From Botryllus schlosseri (taxonomy: Eukaryota): a stretch of 64,000 bases of DNA. Below, in pieces: positions 14,064 through 25,700 of the stretch. The notes beneath the pieces are model-generated. The model was not told where the DNA came from. It did not search any database and saw only the letters and a list, made by a program, of their open reading frames with translations. The DNA is taken from assembly GCA_051294905.1 (NCBI GenBank), contig CM119372.1:23748001-23812000 (forward strand). Direction: 5' to 3'. The stretch's first letter is position 1; each line of letters opens with the position of its first letter. A program made the position numbers and the translations under genes.

Positions 14064-15619
14064 CAGAGTTGGATCAATTGTAATTTGTAATTGTAATTGA
14101 ATGTAATTAATTACATTTTTCAATGTAATTGTAATGTAATTGTAATTGAAGCATTTTTATTTTGTGTAATTGTAATTGTAATTGTAATTTGACAAAAATT
14201 TTGCTCAATTACAATTTTAATTACATTAAATTGCTATTGAGACCTGACAAGCACAACATAAAATAATTGACTTATAATGCATCCTCTTTAAATGTCGACA
14301 AGGAATTTGGTGGATCCATTCGCGGAATCCCTTGACTGCGCCCGAAGTTTTTTTTATTTTCACCGCTATGCTGGCCTCGGCTGCCATTGTACACAATTTT
14401 TAGATTACTATCCAACGGATGGATTCGCAACACGTGACTCACGATTGAATACGCCGAGAAACGAACTGCTGAGCCGGCTAAAAGCAGCAGAATTGATTAT
14501 CCCATAGCTGCCGATCCAAGCGTCGAAATTTGATATGTATGGTCCTAATCGAAAGCTAGTGTCGCACTGATTCCGCAATAAAAGTATATTTCCAGGCAAT
14601 GGTACCATCTCAAAATAGTCGTGAAAGTCTGGGAATCGGCATTGTCCTGAACGATCGCTGGGCGTAATTGGTAATTGTTGTGGTCATGCTGCTGCAGCGC
14701 TCTCACTTTTCAGAACATTCGGCCCTAAACGGCTATTTTGGAGCAGTTACATTGCCCTGACGAGATTTTATTTTGTATTTTCGGAATTAGTACATCAATA
14801 GCTTACGATAAAGACCAGATGCATCAAATTTGGACGCATGGATCGCCAGCTCTAGGACTACAAAGTTTGCTGCTTTTAGCCGGTTCTGCAGTACGTTTGT
14901 CGGTACATTCATCCATGACTCACATCTTGCGCATCTATCCGTGGGTTGGCAATCTACAATACGATTTCAGATCACGATGCTGCATCGTTATTTCGTCTGG
15001 CTAACTAACCAGACCACTGGATATTATATAACGTATTATCTGACAAAGCACGGTTTTGTTTTTACTCCTCATCCTAATTCCTACGTCCCTCGATAAAAAT
15101 AATATTATTTCTTTAATTATATACTATATACGCAAATCCAACACGTGCATATATTATAATACTTTTTCAACGACATACTGCACCCTAGCCTTAATCCTAA
15201 CCCATGGGAAATTAGGTAAATAACATTTTACATTTCCAATTACGTAAGCCATAATTACCGAGCATACAAAACACGCTTATATTACGTCACAATGACATCT
15301 TACATAGCATACTATGTACGCACATAAACGCATTTATTACTACACAATCTGAACTAGACTTGAATTGTTGTTAAATACGACGCTACGGCTGTCAAGGAGC
15401 ACGGTTGAATTTATGATTATTCAATTACATGCTCAACAGCAGCAATTGTAATTGTAATTGTAATGTAATTGAAGCATGTAAGGAGTAATTGTAATTGTAA
15501 TTGTAATTTGATATTTTTAGCATGGAGTAATTGTAATTGTAATGTAATTGAAACATTCATGAAAGTAATTGTAATTGTAATTGTAATTGAACTGAAATAT
15601 TGTAATTGATCCAACTCTG
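14064..15619. mobile_element. hAT-type element with (GTAATT)n subterminal arrays
   Basis: TIR CAGAGTTGGATCAATT, TSD ATCGTAAC. Confidence 0.85.
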
Positions 15620-16194
15620 ATCGTAACCCGGGATATATCGCGTTGTGGATGGCTGTATTCTGTACCTCATGTACAACGACCAATTCCTTTTCATTGACTG
15701 ATGAAGGCATCTCGATGGTATTACAGACACGTTGCAATACAATTACGCATTAGGATCAACAAAAAGTATACAAAAACTACAGCGAGCAAGTCGCGATGTA
15801 GCGAAAGGATCGGGAGATCATCATAGAAACGAATGCGAAATAATCAGTGTTCAGTTCATGCAGGAATAATTTGATGGTATTGTGATAGAGAGCAACTGCG
15901 ATAACTGCCAGAGTCTTCTTACTACTCGTAGTCTACCTACGTGGATCCTCCAATCGCCAATCCAATCTGTCTATCTTATGAAGTATAGAATGCACGTTAT
16001 ATTTGATCACGGCGCTTGTAATTCAATTTCGTAGTGATTATCGTCGGGTCATACATGTTCAAATACACACACGTAAAACGCGATATACAGGACATAATGT
16101 GATGAAATGAACAGAACAGACATTAGGATGCCGGAAGACCATAGTATCTCAATCCGGTTTCCACCTCAGCTTCGTGTAGGTTCGATCTTGATAT

Positions 16195-16445
16195 CTTGTC
16201 GCGTCTTCCATTTTCAGACAGCCCTTACTTTCTCGTTTTCATTCGATTCTTTGTTCAGGTATAGAGATTGTAGCATTGTACAATCTCTATAGTTCCGGTC
16301 CTTCAACTAGTCTTTCTCTGCGCTTATCGGCGACTTAGGACCGAGTAACACTGGGCTAAAGTAGCCCAGATAATCCTCTGGTAATTGAACCCAAGCCGCT
16401 AGCGTTGTAGGTGGCGGAAGTCACCATTACGCTAGAGTTCCCTTG
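16195..16445 (-). mobile_element. Diverged tRNA-derived SINE
   Basis: TAGCGTAATGG / GGTTCAATTAC boxes and GGATTATCTGGGCT core; ends approximate. Confidence 0.55.
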
Positions 16446-17134
16446 TTTGGATATTAGTAGAGATAGGTAACCAGCGACAGTATTATGTTCCGGTAATATA
16501 CAGCGATAAACTAAACACGCAAAAACGCAGCCGAGCCGATGTCCGTCAACTCAGCAGCGTCAGTATATGCTGGCGGCGCATAATTACGTCACACATCAGA
16601 TACTGGCGGTGCTCAGTTACGTCACACAGTTCCGGACGAATAGCCTGGACTATGGCTGCGGGCTATTCATCCGGTTCCGGACGAATAGCCACTGCCTTTA
16701 CGAAAAGGTCTCGCCGAACCAAATCATAATTCTCAGTCACGAATCATCAACGGGTCATATTTTATCATTATGAACTAGAAATGTGACGTAATAGTTGTTC
16801 TTCTACCGCATGGTAGCTTTTAAAAATGATGTGATATAGTGAAGTTTGTTGAGAGTTCAGTGATTTTTATAGTAGTTTTTGGGTGAACTTCAAGTTCCTA
16901 TATATCTAAAAAAGATATATGGCACTTAAATGTATTGTTGAATACTAGAAATTTCAAAATGCCGTCGCGGGCTGCACAAAACGTTCTCGCGGGCCGCATG
17001 CGGCCCGTGCGCCGCGTGCTTGAGACCTCTGCTATAGATCGACAAAATTGCACTATAGTTTTTAATTTTAGACCCAAACTACAGAGTAAATCGTAAACCA
17101 TGAGTGGAATGCATTGGTCAAAGTTTCCGTTATC

Positions 17135-17492
17135 TTATTATTAATGGCACATTTACAGTAGCGCTTATCGCCTTTTTCAGGCTTTGTGTGCCACGACACG
17201 AATATTTGTAATGGTAACAATTCTTTGCCTCTTGTATTGTTGAGGACGACATTCACTCTTTCTCTCACTCACTCAGTCGGTCTCTCTCGCTCCTATGCGT
17301 CCCCATCGTTGACTTTGCTGCCGACTGCTCACTTTCAATCCAGGCTTTTCAATGCACTGCAACTGCAGTGAGGTCGGCGATGAGGAGCCTAGAGAAACCT
17401 CCAACACATAGAAGTTAGTCCGAACCGGGATTCGAACCACTGCCATTTGTGCCGTGACGCTGGTGCTTAACCAACTGCGCCACTTGGTTCCC
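17135..17492 (-). mobile_element. tRNA-derived SINE
   Basis: A box TGGCGCAGTTGG, B box GGTTCGAATCC, GGAGGTTTCTCTAGGCT core. Confidence 0.75.
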
Positions 17493-20099
17493 CAGGTGTG
17501 ATAGGTATCGCAACACTGGTCGAATCGTTGTTCCCAGTACTAGTTGAAACGTAATTGAAAATCCACCTGGTAATAGAGCCTCAAATTTATTTAAATTATA
17601 CAATTTAGGGCGGAGATAATAAAGTTCGATGAGCGGCTAAGTCGATTAGCGCGTTCCTCAGGATTTAGCAACCCAGGATTAAGAACACCGGTTGATCGTA
17701 GCGCATAAACTTCGTCGTTAATCTCAGGATTTAGCAAACCGGAACAGAGTACAGATAACTAATTATCTGTAAGCAAACTGTTCAGCCTACGTACACTGCG
17801 TAGCATTCGTACTCGCAAATGTTTCCGATATAATAACCGGGACGATTGTCTCCAAGGTAATATGGCGTCACTCAACAATCAACCGATTATGTACGCACAA
17901 TTGCAGATCGGTGTTTCTATATTCTGTAATCCATTTCGTCGCTGTATACCAGGGGTGGGCAACATAAGGCCCGCGGGCCGGATCCGGCCCGCGAAGGGAT
18001 TTCGTCCGGCCCGCGGAGAGTTTTCCGTCTTACATGATAATGTGACCCGCAGCCCCAGTCTGCCGAGACTTCCCACTACTTCAGGGGTGGGCAACTTCAC
18101 CTGTCGGCGGGCCGGATATACGGAAGTTAAGTACTGGGCGGGCCGGATTGTTGAATCGATACATTATTCGCCCATTTATCCACATATACAAGGAATCAAT
18201 CGTATCTATTGAATGCATTTTAACGACAGCAATGTCTCTTCAAAACCATTTCTCGCCGATAATGACGAAGACGATGTAGATTTGTGAAGAGCATTGTCAT
18301 ACAGGCGCCGCCATGTCTACTTCTATCTGAAGTTTGTTGAGAGTTCAGTGATTTTTATAGTAGTTTTAGGGTGAACTTCAAGTTCCTATAGATCTAAAAA
18401 AGATATATGGCACTTAAATGTATTGTTGAATACAAGAAATTTCAAAATGCCGTCGCGGGCTGCACAAAACGTTCAACACGGTGCAATCCTTAATTAAGAT
18501 TTCAAGGCGTTCGATAACCCCGGTACCCCAAATTTACCAAGATATCAATTCATTAGGGTTGAGTAGGTGACGAGATAGCGTCGTTGTTCAACTGTGTGAC
18601 CTGATTAATCTCGATGTTGAATTCATGCGGTCCGCGTCCTCCACGCGATTTGAAAAGTGCATATGGCCGGCGACCCGTTTTGATTTGGCGACAAATGGTA
18701 TAAGCGGTGTCTTACTAGGGTTACCATACGTCCTCTTTTAAGAGGATTTGTCCACTTTTTTACTTTTTTAAAAGTGTCCTCGGAGGACGCCCAAATGTCT
18801 TCTTTTTTGAGAGTTTTGGTTTTCAATCATACCCACTCCCGACCAACGAGAAGTCAGATTCCACCGCTGTGAGATATTTTAGACTATTATGTCTAACCAC
18901 ATTTCGACCTAATGACTAGATGGGAAGTCTGTCTGACTTAACGAATCGGGCACTCGGAAACTTAACCGTGGCTCGGCAATACTTCTGCTCTTAACCTTGA
19001 TGTTTTTTTCGTAGAAAATATAGCAAAGCAAAAGAAGTATTCTTTCTGGCAATATCTGATGTCAAGTGCCAATAAACTTTTCACTTTCAACTTGTGTTGG
19101 AGTACTTCTTTTTAAATAGTATATTCATGCTTCTTTTTTTTTATGCCTTATATTATTGTATTACCTTTCTACTTTGTGACGGTAGTCACGTTACATCAGC
19201 CATGTGATTTAATGACTGGTCGGTATTCGCATGTATTATACCTCGTTGTTGAATGCATTATCCCGCCACTACAAGCAAGTGGATATCGGTTCTGTTCTAA
19301 TTTTCATGTCTTTCACATTAAATATCACATTCCAGCTGGTGTCACATTTCTAATGAAGTTGTAACTTAGCCATGGAAGAAACAGACGCATTTGCTTGTGA
19401 CAAGTTCACGTATTTTTGGCATTATGAAGTATTTTGCAGAGGTGATCAAAGTAGTCAAGAAAGCTACTCAAGTAGAAGTAGAAGTAGCGATGAAAAAATC
19501 TACTCAAGTACGAGTAGAAGTAATTCTTTCAAAAGCAACCAAAAACTACTTGAAGTAGAAGTAAAATTTACTGACTTCAAATCTACTCGAGTAAGTAAGT
19601 AGTTGTGAAAACGATCGTAATTCGTTCGCATGGATTGTCAAAAGGTGTAAATTGAGCTAGGCGAACGGTGCCGAGCTTGATTCATATTGATTGATGCATA
19701 CCAGGAGGTATCCAATTTTCGACAGCATAAGCATTCGTCCGCATCATGGAATGAATATGATAGTATTGAAATTGATATGCAATACTAATCCTCCGTTTAA
19801 TCGAACAGCTCGTTCTAGAAAATATCATGGTATGGCGCCCTCTCCCATATTATAAGGCCCAGTGGTTTAGTCGAAGAGCAATACGGAGAGAGTTTTGGAC
19901 ATCCTCTATACTGCCACCAAGAAAACGAGAATCCTACCTATCTATTTTATCAGCAGCCTGCCAATTCATCCAACAAACTGACAACTGACAGCCTGACAGG
20001 CAATTACGGGTTTTCGCATTATGATGCAACAGATATCATCGCATGCACCACTTGATTACAGCCTCGACCTTATCATCGCGCGTAACTTTCTGAGTGCGA

Positions 20100-20239
20100 A
20101 TTAGCAGTTTTTAATCACACGATTAGCATTCTTCCGGATCAGCTAACTTTATTATCTTCACCTAAAATGGGTCCCGATTAGCGGTTTTTAACCTCACGAT
20201 TAGCATTCTACGGGATCAGCTAACTTTATTATCTTCGCC
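20100..20239. repeat. Short tandem duplication (about 62 bp x 2)
   Basis: ATTAGC..TTTTTAA..CACGATTAGCATTCT..GGATCAGCTAACTTTATTATCTTC twice. Confidence 0.75.
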
Positions 20240-22491
20240 CTTATTGTGTTAAAAAAGCTATCAATATTGGGAAATCCCGAAACGAAAAATTTGTCTTTGA
20301 GGGTATAATTACTCAGAGACTAAGAAATAGCCTACTGAGATGCTTTCTGAAAACTCAACATCCTTCTAGGAAAAGAGGTGTACGCGATTTCGTTCAATAT
20401 ATCCTAGGTCCTAGGACATCAATTTTGTAATCCAACCATGACTTTGCTGCAACAAAGTGATCGTGTTTGCTGTAAGAAACTCGGGATTTCGTACTCGGCC
20501 TGTGGAAATATACCAGATATGGCTATACTGTACGGCATGTACGACAATATTTACATCTGTCTACTAAACGTTTTCATGTGCTCGTTCTTCCATCCCGATC
20601 AAACTTTCTCTGTCATCTCGATCACCGTAAAAGACGTCACCATACACGACAAATCGTCAATCCAATACAATGGGAGAGGGGAGCACATTCCAAATTTTAA
20701 TAAACAATGATTCTCTTTATCTTTATCGCATGAATAATGCAACTGATAGGCGGCATCTAAACGACCGACCGCTGATTCCATCCTCGACGTTGAAGTGCAT
20801 GAAAGCGTTAGAAATCACGGGATTACGATCTGAATTATTGACCTCGTCTATACCGACACTTTGCCTTCATTTACATCGCTTGACCTGTTAATGTTATATT
20901 TTGTCCTTTTGCTTTTCATTTATTGTACACGTGCATGCCACTTATTTACATGCTCTAAGCGCAGGTCTGCTTTGACACCATTCTATTTCTATAATATCGA
21001 ATTCCTGCGGTGTTTTGAGATGGTACAAATAATAATAAAGAGAACCAGAACCAAAATTCTATAAATACAGCAAGAATTGACATTAATTTTTCAACTTCTT
21101 TATGATTTTCATGATTGTGCCACCATCCGCGCCGTGTCTCGCTCGTATTTCGCTTTGTATACAGGGTCGTACTCGCACATATTTCAAATATTGTCAATGA
21201 TCGTCTGCAGACCGTTCAGACTTTCATTTGGGGGCCTTGGAGTCGACTTTTATCAAAATACGACAACCAAGCCTGTGCCTACAGAAGGAGTGTGTGTACC
21301 TTAGATGGTCTAAGAATAGTACATTGAGCTATCTCCGCCCCGATTATTTCATGCCGGTGACGTCATATTTTGTGATACGATTGTTGACATACAATGATCT
21401 TTCCAAGTCTCTGCTAGTTGCTGACGATTACCCCTGATGCGTGTCAGCCGAAAATATTCGGGCTCATTTCAATATGAACAGTGAACATACTATTCAAAAT
21501 ATGAGTTATATGCACCAACAATCAACGTTATTCAGTGTTGGGATGTTTCGAGTCAGCTTTTTCTTATGACTTAACTTGACTTTACTCGGTATTTCAGAAC
21601 TGTGGATTGACTCGTGCCGTTCAACCGACAACGATTTCTTGGGATCCAACGATTCCATATCGTGTATGTCGACTATATACCGGGTGCTGATCGTCCGTAG
21701 GCTCATACTGCATATTCTTTTCGAAAGTATTTACACAATTATGGCATAATTATGCAACGTGAAATGGCATAATTTTAGACACTGTTTCAAGCATGTTTTA
21801 AACAAAGTGTTTCAAAACACTATTTGCTCTAAATTTGTTTTCATACGATATTTGTTTTAAATGCAAAGCACACTCTTTTCACTCAGGGTGTAGTTGCATG
21901 TTGTTAAACACACCAGTTTGAAGCAGGTTTTAAACAGTTTTCTTTACAAAACCGTGTAGGTATGTTACAGCCTAATTATTTTCGAACTACCTTTTGGCGC
22001 GATCTATACCTATATAATCTTTTCGAATCTCTTCCTTGGTGTATTAAGTTGGTCATCATGCAGATGCAACTTATAATCCAATTCGATAATTTGTCCCGTA
22101 TAACTCAAACCAACCGAACGCACCTATTTGCGATATCGGAATTTGAAATTAGCACATTATGATGCGTCTGCGATCACTGAGAAATCATCCTTATCATGCA
22201 TTTTGTGTATAGATAATGTTTGATTTAGCAAATCTGGTCACAACCGAGGATTACTTGTGTTTTGGATAATAATTGAAAACAATGCGCAGAAAACCAAGCA
22301 ATTGCTACAAGTATACAAATTCATTGAATATGGATATAGTATGTCTTGCGCAACCTAACATCTCAACAACATACAAATAACACAAATATTGTAGCCAAAC
22401 GCAATGTTCGTATGGCGCATGAAATGAACTTCGCAATGAAATACAAAAAATGACCGCGCATCGCTATTTATAGAGCAGACAAAAAAATATA

Positions 22492-22706
22492 TCAATTATG
22501 GCTTCCAACACTTTGTTCACGTTCAGTCATTCCGATGCTAACCGATTTCGTAGAATATCCCAATGAAGGCAGCGATATTTCGACCTTCTTGAACTTTTTC
22601 CAAATAATATCCAGTAGGTCGGAGTATAACAACGGGTTCATGGCACTGTTGATCGGGACGATGAGTAATCCGGCTGGTAGGTAGGCGTCGTTTGGGACGT
22701 TGACTC
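22492..22706 (-). CDS. GPCR last exon: TM7 (NPxxY) and C-tail
   Basis: ttttag acceptor; (G)VNVPNDAYLPAGLLIVPINSAMNPLLYSDLLDIIWKK...VGSHN*. Confidence 0.92.
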
Positions 22707-25700
22707 CTAAAATCATATATAAACCTTTAGCGCACAAGACGAAAATTCCACAAATCCCAATGTTAGAAACGCTCGTGTGTTTATTAATATTTTGATCCGA
22801 TCAGAACGATAATACGATGTAGTTTATGCCAGGGATGTATAGCTCTATATATCCCTGGTATATCCGTACGCATTAGGCATTATTCGAATTCATTCAATGA
22901 AATACCCGCGTTGATCGACTGATGCAATGATCGCCAGTATTAAGATACCATGCACGAACACTGAACAGTAATTCTGATGATACGGCAGTGGTTCTAAAAC
23001 TCTTTCGACCGCGATTCAAACCTGATTTTCATTATTATCTCACCACCCAAGCTTCATGCTACCTAATAATGTATTTTCAGTGTGGGTATGTCACATTTTA
23101 CGGGCATGCATGATATATAGACTGCAAAGACAATAAGTTGTACGCAATGCAGTTTTATGGAAAATGTGTGACGCACGCCATTTTAAAATGGGATGCACAT
23201 TATTCCTTGCGGGCCGCATTTGTACGGTAAGGCCTAGATTACAAGGACGGGGATGCCAACCATTTCGACGATCGATGGTTTTGACCAACCAGTGACGATC
23301 GTTTTGGCTTAGGGCCTAAGGTTGTATCGTCGCCGATTTTACGGCAAAGCACTTTGCCCAGTCGCATGTTGGTCAAAATTCCATGTCCTCCAAGTGTAGC
23401 GGAAGGTGCGTCAAATAGTGGGCCAAAAATCACATTTTTAGTCATAACAATATTACGAATCCAGAAATACCAATGAACTTTAGCAAAACAATGGATGAAC
23501 ATGAAACACATATTTGCAAAGAAAAATGATTTGAAAATACGAAGAAATAACGAAAGCGCAGCCAATTAAAAAAACGTACCTTTTTATCCCATTGTGCCCC
23601 ATAGGCGGGGTACAATGGGACAAGCGTTGGGGGAAAACGGGACAGCATTAAAAAAATTACCGCCGCATCAGTTAGCAAGAAACTGAGAACTGTTGAAGAA
23701 ACTGATGGATCGGCAAGTGTCCTGGATCAGTTTTAGTTTACTTCCTGAAGTTTGGAATCTTATTGAAACTGGCATGAAGATCGCTGTCGGCTCGTCGATC
23801 CACATTTATTATAAGGGGTGGTATATAATTGTAATGTCCTCCGTTTATTGCCTGAGACTTCAAGAGATGTTTTGAGGGAGTGTTGGTCACGATCTAGCTT
23901 CTTCGCACTCTTCTGTTTATTTTTATAAATTTTGTAAAATTCGACTTTAAATATCAATGCACCATTGTGCCGAACAAAATTGTCCCAATGTGCGCCGCCC
24001 GCTTCTGCAGTGTAAAAACCCACCAAAATCTTTAAAGCCGCAATCATGCGCCTAAAATAGCATACAGGGAGACTAATAACTCCTCTGACTTAGCTGTGTA
24101 CTAATTTCAAGCAAAACAAATTACGGATTACGGGTGATATGACACTGCTAAATCATCGAAGCGATGTATATTCTTCCTGTCGGGTTTTAAAAATATTCAC
24201 GATGTAATATCATTGTGTCCCTGGATCCATCGTGACTCACCTTCCGTACTGGCACGGACATGGTCGGCCCCAAAATATCTATCTCTATATGGTCACGCAC
24301 ACCGCTAGACTAAAGCATCCCATCTGTCTCCGAATATACCATTCTCTCACAACTACGAATACATTTAGACTCATATCTCTAAGTTAAGCGTATTCAAAAA
24401 ACGTCTGAGTATTACCCACACTGGAGTAGCAGCTACTTGGCCGTTCTGGCTCACCGCCAGGTGCGGCAGGCTGCAAGGGGCGGCAAAAGGTGAGGTGATG
24501 ACTAGGGCAAGTTTTTGTTGCACTAAAATCGCGAGAAAGTTACATTTAATTTTAACAAAAGTTGCATTTATAATTTTTGTTGAATTATTAAGGTATACTC
24601 GAAAGGTTCCGTTGCATAACTTAGTTACTGCAGAGCTGTCTAATTTGTTACTTCGCTATTTAGCGGTCTGACAAAAATCGCCAAAAATTACATTTTTCCC
24701 GGCACACAGCAAGGAAATTACGCAATGCGCGAATGATTTTCCCCCAAAAGCCAAACAGCATAGCGATAACTCGCTCCCCCTAAAACAAGACGAATAACAC
24801 ACACCAAAGCCCCTAGGTCTGCAAACTTGACCCAAGGTATTACAGAAAAACTCACTCTTTGCGACTTTAACAAAATCAATAGCCCGAAAAAGGAGACCCA
24901 GTGAAAATGTAATTTTCAGCGGTCTCGCCTGAGCGTTCGTGAAATGGGAAACTATTTCAAATTTAAACGACAGAATTATTACAGTAATCTATTTACATAT
25001 TGTTCGGACACGGTCGTACTTGGCAGGGGTAGTTGAACTTCTTGCTTGCAAGCCATTGTGTCATAGATAACTGTGAGATGCAGGTAACCCATCATATAGC
25101 TCTTTGTTATGCAAATCAAAGAGAATAGAACCATACTAGAAATAGTTTATTGCATGTTTTTAAATCACTCCTTTACATTTTTACACAATATTTGATAAAA
25201 GTTGCAGTGAAAATTGGCAGGAAAAATAGAGAAAAGTTTCAAAAAGTTGCATTACAAACTCCCTTCAAACAACTTAAAACATCATAAGACATAGATTCGC
25301 AGTATCTAGGAAGCTGTCGGAAGCTGTAAAAAAAGTTGCCGAAGCTGCAAAAACTTGCCCTGATAACCTTATTTTAGTCAACACAACCCAAGATTTCCAG
25401 TAAATATAATTCAAAAGATTGAAACTATTTCAAAATTTGGGCGGGATTTTCAACGAAAGCCAGGGGCGGCATCATATGCTAACCAATCTTTTCAATTCTA
25501 ATTACTGTAAATCTTGTTGTGTTGACTAAAAAAAGTCATCACCTCGCATTTTGCCACCCCCTTGCAGCCTGCCGCACCTGGCGCAGAGCCATAACCGCCA
25601 ATTGGCTGCTACGCCACTGGTCGTAATCACTATTTTTGCGTGTCTCGAATACTGGCTATAGATAGTACTCAACACGGTTACTTTGGATATTTAGAAATTC

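Larger units (their letters stand above)
11854..16696. mobile_element. Long-TIR DNA element with 9-bp TSD (Mutator- or Merlin-like)
   Basis: About 80-bp TIR GGCAGTGGCTA(C/T)TCGTCCGGAACCGG..., TSD TTTACGAAA. Confidence 0.8.
10610..17031. mobile_element. Non-autonomous hAT element hosting a nested TE stack
   Basis: TIR CAGAGGTCTCAA, TSD CTATAGAT; related sequence at about 9120-9917 and 63764-64000. Confidence 0.85.

Noticed and set aside
15417..15742. ORFs with ITITIT/LQLQLQ runs
   Set aside because: Translation of (GTAATT)n subterminal repeats
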